Shown: positions 7,883 through 16,476 of the stretch, piece by piece | Numbering within the stretch: position 1 is the first letter of the stretch | How the letters are laid out: every line of letters starts with the position of its first letter | DNA from: Gammaproteobacteria bacterium | GTDB taxonomy: Bacteria > Pseudomonadota > Gammaproteobacteria > SZUA-21 | DNA length: 36,498 nt | Assembly (NCBI GenBank): GCA_003233075.1 | Contig: QIKQ01000056.1 | Span: 1 to 36,498, forward strand | Reading direction: 5' to 3' | Notes under the pieces: model-generated | What the model saw: the letters and a program-made list of their open reading frames with translations, nothing else | Told to the model about the DNA's origin: nothing | Databases searched by the model: none | Made by a program: the position numbers and the translations under genes

Positions 7883-8524
7883 TTAATCTCGGTTTAATGT
7901 AATGCAGTGCGATTTTAAGTCTTCATAGGCGTTAGATAGCTGATTGATTAGCTCATCTGCAGTTGTAGACTTAGGCAGTGCATCGCCTACAACCACGTCA
8001 CAATTGAAAGGAACAAAAAGCGCTTCCCCTCTGGGTAGTGATCTTCCTAAGCCGTGAATCATGACCGGTGTTATTTTTGTGTCATTACGGTCCTTTATTA
8101 AATGATAGATGCCTTTTTTTAATTCGCTTGTTTTTTCAGGTTCGCCACGCGTACCCTCGGGAAACAAGATTAATATATCCCCTTGATCAAGTGCATCATG
8201 GCAAGCATTAAGCATCTCGTCGCGATTATTTGAATTCTTTCGGTCTATCGGAATTATGCCAATAATATTAAGAGAAAACCAAGCTAGAAAGTTTTTAGAT
8301 AGAAAATAGTCCGCAGCGGCAACCGGACGCAGTCGGTGAATTTTTGCCAGTGGGTAGAGGCTAATTAGTACCAAGGTGTCCAAATGACTATTATGATTAG
8401 CAGCTATAACCGCTGGTCCAGAGGTAGGTAGTTTGTGACGAAAACGACTGTTTAATCCAATGATAACTAAGACTAGCGGCTTGACTAGTAACGCAAAAAA
8501 TAATATTTTGAGGACTCGACTCAT
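7883..8524 (-). CDS. Lysophospholipid (1-acyl-sn-glycerol-3-phosphate) acyltransferase, PlsC family
   Basis: Has the HX4D motif (NHNSHLDT) and FPEGTRG motif. 213 aa with an N-terminal TM segment. Confidence 0.88.
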   Translation of the reverse strand: MSRVLKILFFALLVKPLVLVIIGLNSRFRHKLPTSGPAVIAANHNSHLDTLVLISLYPLAKIHRLRPVAAADYFLSKNFLAWFSLNIIGIIPIDRKNSNNRDEMLNACHDALDQGDILILFPEGTRGEPEKTSELKKGIYHLIKDRNDTKITPVMIHGLGRSLPRGEALFVPFNCDVVVGDALPKSTTADELINQLSNAYEDLKSHCITLNRD

Positions 8525-8528
8525 GTAT

Positions 8529-9476
8529 TTAGTAGTGTAAATAGTAGAGATAATGAAAAAACAAGGGTGCGGTATAAAGTAAGCTATCCATCCTGTCCAG
8601 TATGCCTCCGTGGCCTGGAATTAAACTGCCACTGTCTTTTATGCTCAGGTCTCGCTTAACAGAGGATATGACCACATCGCCTATAAATCCGGCGAGTGAG
8701 ATGATCATGCCAGCGCCAAAACTTTCTAATGTATTGAGTGGCGTAAGAGTAGGGCCTATAAAGCCTGAGAGTAAGGTAATGCTTGCGACGCCTCCAAAAA
8801 AACCAGCCCAGGTTTTATTAGGACTTACTTTAGGAATAATTTTATCCTTACCGAGTAATTTACCCCAAAGGTATTGGCACACATCATTAAACTCAGTCAT
8901 TAGAATCAAAAATAAAACTAAACCCATGGGTCCAGCATTTAAGTTTTTTTCTGGAAGTACAATTAAATAAGCAATATGACTGATCGAAAATACGGTAAGC
9001 ATAGCGACCCAGTGCAATACACCGGCTGCTTTTATAAATCCATCTGTAGCACCATTGATTACCATCCGCATGGGCATGAACAAAAATAGATAGACTGGAA
9101 TAAATATTATGAACATACCATACCAGCTGTCGGCAACCCAATAATATTGAAAGGGAATAGAAATATATACCCAAAATAATACATTTCTATCGATATGCCG
9201 AGTGGGTATTATAGAAATAAATTCTTTTAGGGCGAGAAAGCTTAGAAAGCCGAAGAAGATAATCGCGGTGTTTTTACTTATGGATAGGAACACAAATAAT
9301 AAACCGATAATCCACCACCATGAAATGATACGCTGTTTTAATTCGGTATGATTTTTTTCCGGATTTTTGTATTTAAAAATAATCGTTACAATAGTCGCGA
9401 TTGACAACAGGCCAATAACAATTATCATGGCATAGAGTGAATGGGAAGGAATTTTAGCTAGAAATTGCATATTCAA
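8529..9476 (-). CDS. cdsA: Phosphatidate cytidylyltransferase (CDP-diacylglycerol synthase), CdsA family
   Basis: Carries the CdsA signature SSVKRDLSIKDSGSLIPGHGGILDRMDS and is a polytopic membrane protein. It lies 4 bp from the downstream plsC-type gene. Confidence 0.9.
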   Translation of the reverse strand: MNMQFLAKIPSHSLYAMIIVIGLLSIATIVTIIFKYKNPEKNHTELKQRIISWWWIIGLLFVFLSISKNTAIIFFGFLSFLALKEFISIIPTRHIDRNVLFWVYISIPFQYYWVADSWYGMFIIFIPVYLFLFMPMRMVINGATDGFIKAAGVLHWVAMLTVFSISHIAYLIVLPEKNLNAGPMGLVLFLILMTEFNDVCQYLWGKLLGKDKIIPKVSPNKTWAGFFGGVASITLLSGFIGPTLTPLNTLESFGAGMIISLAGFIGDVVISSVKRDLSIKDSGSLIPGHGGILDRMDSLLYTAPLFFHYLYYLHY

Positions 9477-9519
9477 AAAGTGAGCTCAAAGCTAAAAAAA
9501 AAATAGTGATGCGAATTAT

Positions 9520-9984
9520 TTAGACTAGACTCGCTGTTATTAATATCGCAAGCTGTATTACTAAGCTTAAGGCCTGTTTTTTGAATAATTTCATGCATGC
9601 TTGTAAACGTGTTTTTATATCTCGAGTATTTTGTTTGCCATCAACTCGCTCTGGGATTAACTCCCGGATTAAATTAAGATCAACAAGTGTTTTATCCAGT
9701 GAGATTAATTCTTCATCGCTTACATGTTCCTGGCAAGCAAGATGATTAATAATCGCGGCATCGAAGCCTACTCGAATTGCTAATATTGTCTCATAGATCC
9801 CCAGTAAAATCACAATTATAAGTGTCACTAGAAGTGTAGTGGAAAGCTTGTTTATTGTAGTAAAATAAATTAATAAAAATATTGCGATAAGTGTCAAAAA
9901 TAATGAGAAATTATTAACTTTAGTGTGTTGCTCTAAAAAACTAGCGAAAATTTTAAGCTGTATTTTTTCTTGGCTATTACTCAT
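9520..9984 (-). CDS. Hypothetical small membrane protein within the lipid operon
   Basis: 154 aa with 3 hydrophobic segments. It overlaps the upstream gene by 8 bp (9977-9984), suggesting translational coupling. Confidence 0.6.
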   Translation of the reverse strand: MSNSQEKIQLKIFASFLEQHTKVNNFSLFLTLIAIFLLIYFTTINKLSTTLLVTLIIVILLGIYETILAIRVGFDAAIINHLACQEHVSDEELISLDKTLVDLNLIRELIPERVDGKQNTRDIKTRLQACMKLFKKQALSLVIQLAILITASLV

Positions 9985-11320
9985 TGCTTTCTATACTAGT
10001 AAAATTTACGACTTTTTCTAAGACCATGTGATCAGATTCCTTTATTAAGATCCCTGGTCGTGCCTTTTTTACAATATTTATTGCTCTATTAATACTTTCA
10101 GCTCGCTTGCTGATTAATAACCAGGCTATTAACGCTAAAGTGCTACGTGAATAACCCAATGCACAGCATACTAGTAGGGGATGGCTGCGGTCTGATTGCT
10201 CAATTAATCCTGCTGCGGAAATTAGGGTCTGAACATTTGGAGTGATTAAATCAAGTGTTGGAATGGCATGCCAAATAGCGTTTGTTTTTGGTGCGCTAAA
10301 TTCGGCAGTCATATCAATTACAGTCGAATAATTAGCTAGGTTTATTTCGCGTATTGTTGGAAAACGACCTAAAAAAACATTATCAATAATATGATTGGCT
10401 GGTTTAATTTTTAGTGCCCATAAGCGAGAATTAATCCTTGCAGCGATTAAGTAAGGGTATAGCAACCATTGAGCGGCCAAGCTAATTAGACCAGACCTAT
10501 TTTTTTGGAATCCGGAGGCACCGATAAACAAATAGAAAAAACTTAACAATAGTAACGAGCTAGCGGGCCAGAACAGCCAAAGAGCAGTACCGCCAAGCAG
10601 TGTTGCAATTAAAGCAAATAAACTAGCAGCAATCGCATAAAATAAGAAAAAGCGTTTTCGGCGGCTCTCCTTAGTTATATGAATGTGCCGAATAGGCACT
10701 TCGCCAATATTCGGCCAAAGCCAGATACAAAGAAAACCAAGTAACATGCCGGTTGGTATATCAATAAAATGATGCTGATAAGTTGTCAGTACCGATATGC
10801 CGATTAAAATGGCGAGTGCATGACATGGCCAAAGTAAATATTTAGGCAAATGCCGCACATACAAAACCCAAAGTAGTATGAGTAAGGCGATGTGTAACGA
10901 AGGTGCTTGATTAAATGGTTTATCAAAGCTGTTTAGTGTCGCAAACATAAATCCAGTTGTGCCAGTTGACTCAGGACGATCAAAACTGAATGCGAGAGGG
11001 AATAAAATAAAGCAAATCACCGCGATTATTTGTGTGCAAAGCAAGCGTTTCGCATGGCGATCGAGTTCTAACTTAGATTTGCAGATAAAGACTGATATGA
11101 CATAGAAAAGATCGATTAACCAATAGGGGATAATGGTCCAGGCAATAAAGGGTATTTGCTTTTCCCAAGCAAAAACCATTGTTGGCACATCGTTTTGCTG
11201 AGCTGCAAGCCAGTTCGCAAAACCATAACTAAGGAAAAAAAAAGGTCCTAAAAATAATAGCCACAGACTTGCTCGACGCCAGAGACGTAAATTTTCTTGC
11301 TCGGATGATTCAACACTCAT
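9977..11320 (-). CDS. Fusion protein: N-terminal PAP2-like (sphingomyelin/IPC-synthase-like) membrane domain plus C-terminal dual-specificity (CX5R) phosphatase domain
   Basis: PAP2-superfamily motifs APSLH and YQHHFIDIPTG lie in a multi-TM N-terminal half. The C-terminal PTP loop is LLVCCALGYSRST (C-x5-R-S/T). Confidence 0.82.
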   Translation of the reverse strand: MSVESSEQENLRLWRRASLWLLFLGPFFFLSYGFANWLAAQQNDVPTMVFAWEKQIPFIAWTIIPYWLIDLFYVISVFICKSKLELDRHAKRLLCTQIIAVICFILFPLAFSFDRPESTGTTGFMFATLNSFDKPFNQAPSLHIALLILLWVLYVRHLPKYLLWPCHALAILIGISVLTTYQHHFIDIPTGMLLGFLCIWLWPNIGEVPIRHIHITKESRRKRFFLFYAIAASLFALIATLLGGTALWLFWPASSLLLLSFFYLFIGASGFQKNRSGLISLAAQWLLYPYLIAARINSRLWALKIKPANHIIDNVFLGRFPTIREINLANYSTVIDMTAEFSAPKTNAIWHAIPTLDLITPNVQTLISAAGLIEQSDRSHPLLVCCALGYSRSTLALIAWLLISKRAESINRAINIVKKARPGILIKESDHMVLEKVVNFTSIESNE

Positions 11321-11329
11321 AGTCAGGTG

Positions 11330-13135
11330 TTAGTTTTTTCTAGCAAGGCACACAGTGAATATGCCAAATTCGTCGATTCGTTGCTCGATTTTGCTAAAAC
11401 CTTTACTTTCTACCAGCTGATCCATTTCCTGCTGAGTGCGTCTACGCATAACCCAAGCCTGCGCTTGACGATGGCTGGTAAGTGCACGGGCGATCATTTC
11501 AAGTTGAGGATGCCATGGCTGGCCAGTATAAATAAGATAAGAACCAGACTCTAGTGTTTGAGAAAAGCCCTCTAAAGATTGTAAAATCAAATCATTTTCT
11601 GGGAACAATTCGAATAATCCGGAGACAATTCCCAGTGTTGGCGTCGTCTCCAAATTGTCAAAGCTAGAAACATCAAATGCATCGGCTTTTACAAATTTTG
11701 CAGTGGAGCTTAAGCTTTTTTCGACTATGAGTTCACTACCCTGAGTTATATTCAAATTACTGTAATCACGCAATAATATTGAATCTGCTTTTATCTCACT
11801 GTGTTGAATTGCCTCAAGTATGTAGCGTCCATGACCGGCAGCGATGTCCATAATATGAATTGGTTTATTTTCATTTTTAAGCAGTTTCATCGAATGTCGG
11901 ATTAATTCTTCCAAATTAATTTTTCGTTGTCGTATACCGCGCCAACCTATTGAGTTGAGATAGTTATTGTCGATAAATCGTCCGATAGGACCTAAGCCGG
12001 AGGCATTATTTTTATAAACATAATCGAGAGCACTGCCTGAATCGAAGCCAGTTTTTTGGCCGAGTTTAATGCCATCAGATAACAAGGCGCTGAATTTTAA
12101 GCTCATTCGTACGCTTGCCCAGGCAAAACCACGCAGCGAAAAAGAGGAAAGTGGTGTCGCTAAGGTGTCAGACTCGTATCGCGTAAAGCCTGATTTATCC
12201 GCTTCCATGAGTGAGGTTCTATTGAAGGGCTCAGCAAAACGTTGCTGAATAAAATCCCGCATTTTATCGATTACGATAACGCGATCTTTTTCGCCTAAGG
12301 TGTCGTGGTAAAAACCTTTGAGGACATGTCTTTCTTTAATACTTGATCCAAGATTTTCGTAAAATACATGTTGTGGTTTATGATGTACCACCCAATCCGA
12401 ACCTGAAATTAATAACTGTGTTGGCACCGTAATGGCAGCTGCATCACAAACAATTCTATCGGCTGTTTTGTATAACTCGAGTAGAATGTTATTCGAAATT
12501 GCTCGAGTTATCAGTGGGTCGGCTTCAAAGGATTTAATTCGTTCTGGGTCGTGACTTAAAAATTTTGCTTTAACATAGCTGTTAACAAAAAAATTACCTT
12601 TAAACTTTTGTTTAATTGCCAAGGCAGTACGTGCAAAGGGCACGTATAGTTTTACTTTAAAAGCAGGCGATGCTAGCACCATGCAACGTATTTTTGGTGC
12701 ATAGTCATGCACCCAGGTTGAGATTAAGACTGCACCGACGCTTTGTGCGATTATCGCCATATCTTCGACTGAAAAATCATAGCTTACTGAAATATGATCG
12801 ATCAATGTTTGAACATCTCGAACTGAACAGCTGAAGCTTGGACTGTAACCACGATCTCCTGGGGATTTGCCGTGGCCTCGAGCATCCCAGGCAAAAAATT
12901 CGTAGTCTGGAAGCTTTAGTTCATCGACGACATGAGCCATGCGGCCTGAATGCTCATGGCCGCGATGGAAAAGGATAATTGCGCCTTTCGCTACTCCTGA
13001 CTCCGTGGGCCAGTAACGATAAAATAAATCGACGTCATCGTGAGTCCTAAAACTCTTCTCTTCAACCTTTCTTAGTGGTGGACTGACTTTATCTGTCATA
13101 TTTCCCATATTAATTCCTTGTGTTATCGAAAGCAT
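11330..13135 (-). CDS. Bifunctional alpha/beta hydrolase (lysophospholipase/monoglyceride-lipase-like) / class I SAM-dependent methyltransferase
   Basis: The N-terminal half has ILFHRGHEHSGR (HG..EH..R box) and nucleophile elbow IAQSVGA. The C-terminal half has methyltransferase motif I, IMDIAAGHGRY. The start may be one of several Met codons near 13105-13135. Confidence 0.82.
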   Translation of the reverse strand: MLSITQGINMGNMTDKVSPPLRKVEEKSFRTHDDVDLFYRYWPTESGVAKGAIILFHRGHEHSGRMAHVVDELKLPDYEFFAWDARGHGKSPGDRGYSPSFSCSVRDVQTLIDHISVSYDFSVEDMAIIAQSVGAVLISTWVHDYAPKIRCMVLASPAFKVKLYVPFARTALAIKQKFKGNFFVNSYVKAKFLSHDPERIKSFEADPLITRAISNNILLELYKTADRIVCDAAAITVPTQLLISGSDWVVHHKPQHVFYENLGSSIKERHVLKGFYHDTLGEKDRVIVIDKMRDFIQQRFAEPFNRTSLMEADKSGFTRYESDTLATPLSSFSLRGFAWASVRMSLKFSALLSDGIKLGQKTGFDSGSALDYVYKNNASGLGPIGRFIDNNYLNSIGWRGIRQRKINLEELIRHSMKLLKNENKPIHIMDIAAGHGRYILEAIQHSEIKADSILLRDYSNLNITQGSELIVEKSLSSTAKFVKADAFDVSSFDNLETTPTLGIVSGLFELFPENDLILQSLEGFSQTLESGSYLIYTGQPWHPQLEMIARALTSHRQAQAWVMRRRTQQEMDQLVESKGFSKIEQRIDEFGIFTVCLARKN

Positions 13136-13165
13136 TTCGAAGATTGGGTTATCCTCTGTGTTAGC

Positions 13166-13783
13166 CTAATTAGACTCTAATTCTTTTAGTGCATTTCTTA
13201 TTCGATTAACTATAGTTAATCCTATTAAAAGTGCTGTTAGCGGCATGAGCCAATATAACCAGTTTGGTAAATTGGTTGAAAAAGCGAGCCATATCGCAAG
13301 CACGGAAAACAGTAACGCTCGGTCGCTTTTGCCCATGGGTCCATCGTATCGCCTAGTTGCACCAATACTTGTACCAATGACACCTGCAAATTCACTTAGT
13401 ATTGCTAGAAAAATTACTAATAATACAGGAATCAAAGTGAATGGAGCTATTGCGACAAATGGAAAATAAAGCGCTGCATCTGAAACAGCGTCGCATAATT
13501 CATTTAGATACTCGCCCAGTTTACTTTGTTGATTAAACTCTCTAGCGAGCATACCGTCTATCGCATTTAGCGCCATGCGAATCAACATCCATATGGGAAA
13601 CAAGATAAACAAGAAATGATAATTTGAAAAAGCATAAAGCAGACTGCCCAGTAAGATCGATCCTATAGCAGCAGCGAGGGTGACTTGATTAGCGCTAATG
13701 CCTCTCTCTGCTAGTTTTTTGACTGTAGGTCGTAGTAAGGCTTGAAATTTTGGCTTAATGTCGTATAGAGTCATTTTGTCCAC
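13166..13783 (-). CDS. CDP-alcohol phosphatidyltransferase family protein (variant motif)
   Basis: 205-aa multi-TM protein with NAIDGMLAREFNQQSKLGEYLNELCDAVSD, matching D-x2-DG-x2-AR-x8-G-x3-D-x3-D except that the first and third Asp are Asn. Confidence 0.85.
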   Translation of the reverse strand: MDKMTLYDIKPKFQALLRPTVKKLAERGISANQVTLAAAIGSILLGSLLYAFSNYHFLFILFPIWMLIRMALNAIDGMLAREFNQQSKLGEYLNELCDAVSDAALYFPFVAIAPFTLIPVLLVIFLAILSEFAGVIGTSIGATRRYDGPMGKSDRALLFSVLAIWLAFSTNLPNWLYWLMPLTALLIGLTIVNRIRNALKELESN

Positions 13784-13912
13784 TTAAGATGTATTTGAAT
13801 AAACATCAACTAACAGACTGTTAACTCTAATCAAGTCTAGTTAATTAGTTAAATTATTTGATGTCGTTATATTACCCTAAATTTCACCGAAATACAGTTT
13901 ACTATGCGGCTT

Positions 13913-15529
13913 CTATAATAGACCTTCAATTGGCAACAAGCTTATAAGGGTAATACTAAGATGTTTTAGTAAGCTTACCTCTGGCTCTTGATTGCTATTC
14001 TTGGTTCGATCGTTTGTTTTCCAGGTGATTTCATATTCTTCATTGCCGTCATCAACTTCGTCTATAGAATTAGTTTTTCTATAACTAAGTGCGTAGGCGT
14101 TTTCTTTGCTGCTTAATCGTCTAAATGTTTGATTCATTTCCGTCGATAATTTTTCGCTGTCGATCATAATGCTTATTTCAGTATTTAAGTATCGAGATCG
14201 AGGTGTTAAATTAACTGAGCCGACATAAAGATAACGATTATCAATAATAATTGACTTGGCGTGTAAACGTGATACTGGTTTTTTTTCAAACCAAGTGATT
14301 TTAGATCGTTTCTTTTTAAGTGAATTACGTTTAAATTCGTATAAACTAACTCCATTCTTCAGTAAATTTAAACGGTATCGCTGATAACCTCCGTGTGATA
14401 AAGAAAAATCGTTTGCTGCAAATGAGTTAGTTAAGACAGATACCCTAACGCCTTTTTTCTTTAATTGTTTAGTCCATTTAAGACCAAATCGTTGAGGAAC
14501 AAAATACGGTGTAATAATATTTACATTTGTTTTTGCTTTCGCCATATGTTTTGTCATAATGTGTTCTAGAAACTTTTCATTGCTTTTTTTAATGCCACGA
14601 ATCTTATTCGGCGGATCATAAAGGACTTGATAATTTGCCCAAGTAAAATAGCGATTACTATTTTTAATTTTGTTAGCAATATTTAGTTTTTCAAGCGCAC
14701 GCCAATATTTAGTATGTTTAAGTTTTAAATAATGTGACTTGAGCTCTTTACGTGTGTCTTTGTATGTGATCCGAAGAAATAGACGTCTATTTAGTTTTTT
14801 AATATTGACTGCCCATTTCGCATTCCAATAGTCATCAAAGCTTTTTGACACTGTCTTTACGACAGAGCCTATAGCCAAAACACCTAAATCTCGATACAAA
14901 TAACTAGGCTTAGCACTATAATAAGCGTCGCCGATATTGCGACCACCAACAATAGCGATGCTGTTATCAGCAACAAATACTTTGTTGTGCATGCGTCGAT
15001 TCGCACGTTGAAAACTACTTAATAAGGCGATCGTACGTAACCACTTACGTTGACTTATCGGATTATATAATTTGACGTCAATATTTGGATGCTGGGCGAG
15101 GGTCGCTAAATTAGCGTTACCACCGCGAGCGACAAAATCATCGAGTAATAATCTTACTTTAACACCTCTATCTGCAGCTTTTAATAGATGGTAAATGACA
15201 GCTTTGCCGGTGTTATCTTGATGCAAGCTCCAATACTGTAAGTCTAATGATTTTTCAGCCTTGTTAGTTAAATAAATAATGGCAGCTAAGGCATCCATGC
15301 CATCGTGTAATAAATGAAAACCACCTTTATTAGAATTTGAGGCAGAATGCGAGCGTTCGATTAGTTTCGCCAGACTTGTTTCAGTAACTTGTGTCGTGGC
15401 ATAGCTCAATTTTGTTGGCTTTTTAAATTGACTAGAGCAACCAGTCAAGGCAAGTGAGCAGGCAATTATAAATAAGCCGGGCTTTCGCATAAGCGATCTT
15501 AAATTAATCAGTGTTTTATTAGTGTCCAT
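13913..15529 (-). CDS. Phospholipase D / cardiolipin-synthase-like lipoprotein (two HKD motifs)
   Basis: Has a lipobox LALTGCSS and two HKD motifs, HNKVFVADNSIAIVGGRNIGD and HAKSIIIDNRYLYVGSVNL. Confidence 0.88.
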   Translation of the reverse strand: MDTNKTLINLRSLMRKPGLFIIACSLALTGCSSQFKKPTKLSYATTQVTETSLAKLIERSHSASNSNKGGFHLLHDGMDALAAIIYLTNKAEKSLDLQYWSLHQDNTGKAVIYHLLKAADRGVKVRLLLDDFVARGGNANLATLAQHPNIDVKLYNPISQRKWLRTIALLSSFQRANRRMHNKVFVADNSIAIVGGRNIGDAYYSAKPSYLYRDLGVLAIGSVVKTVSKSFDDYWNAKWAVNIKKLNRRLFLRITYKDTRKELKSHYLKLKHTKYWRALEKLNIANKIKNSNRYFTWANYQVLYDPPNKIRGIKKSNEKFLEHIMTKHMAKAKTNVNIITPYFVPQRFGLKWTKQLKKKGVRVSVLTNSFAANDFSLSHGGYQRYRLNLLKNGVSLYEFKRNSLKKKRSKITWFEKKPVSRLHAKSIIIDNRYLYVGSVNLTPRSRYLNTEISIMIDSEKLSTEMNQTFRRLSSKENAYALSYRKTNSIDEVDDGNEEYEITWKTNDRTKNSNQEPEVSLLKHLSITLISLLPIEGLL

Positions 15530-15812
15530 AAAAATCCACCTCTTCCCGGCGTTTATCTCGTTATAATTTAGGTATAAATACTTACCTATGTTTGTATGTT
15601 TGTTACAACAGATAATGAACGAAATTAGCTGAACCTAACATGAGCCAAATGGACTAATATGCTAAATAAATGTAAGTAATTGTAATAATTATGTTATTTT
15701 TCTCATAAATAGCTTATTTGTTGACTGTTCCAATGATTCTCCGCTACGGTGCGAGTGAAGTTGGAATTTATAATAAAAGTTAAGTAATTGTAGATAATTA
15801 AACAGGTATAAA

Positions 15813-16271
15813 ATGAAGAAGAAACTTGAAATATATCGAACACTCATATTAATTACACTGCCAATCCAGTTTTATGTTCAATATTTATTTTTGACGGCTG
15901 CGCCTTTATCTGTTGATATCGCGGAGTAGCGTAAGTGGATATCCTATGATGCGGTTACGTCCGCAGGTATAAATTATATTACTTACATTGCATGGCTAGT
16001 GACTTATGTCATTGGTTTTATCGAATTGTATTTCTATTTGTGGCTTTCAAGATCATTTATAATCATTAGTATGTGCTTAATGGTTTTCATGTCAGCGACT
16101 AACGGTATTTTAATAACGACGGCAGTTGAAAATACAATTTTCGCAATTTCCAATATCTTTTATGTTTTTGCCGTAGGCATGGCATTTTTTTCACCGCCAG
16201 TTCTTGTTAGGTTTAGAAAGAATCATTGGCTTAAACCAAGTAAAATAAACAAAAGAAGTTCACAAGTTTAA
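15813..16271 (+). pseudogene. Small membrane-protein reading frame interrupted by one in-frame TAG (alternatively a 90-aa GTG-initiated CDS at 15999-16271)
   Basis: ATG 15813 opens a frame (MKKKLEIYRTLILITLPIQFYVQYLFLTAAPLSVDIAE) that hits TAG at 15927-15929. The same frame continues through the ORF-track entry 15999-16271. Confidence 0.35.
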
Positions 16272-16476
16272 TAATAAATAATTAGTACTGGGTTGTATAT
16301 TTTGTTTATTAATAGTTTGTGGAATGACGGATACAGCGTCTAATTTCGGTTTACGTTAACAATTAGGGTTTTTGCAAGGGATTTGCACATAATCATCTTA
16401 GATTTGTCATAGCTTTGCCATTTTCTAGCCTTAGTTATTGCTTAGAATTCGCTTAACTAATGTTAAGGAGAATGCA

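Noticed and set aside
8602-9174. Antisense or alternate-frame ORFs 8602-8970 (+) and 8893-9174 (-) within cdsA
   Set aside because: The CdsA frame carries the full family signature, so these are frame shadows.
11327-11554. 75-aa plus-strand ORF opposite the methyltransferase end of 11330-13135 (also 13245-13469 opposite the CDP-alcohol transferase)
   Set aside because: These are shadow ORFs opposite genes with clear motifs.
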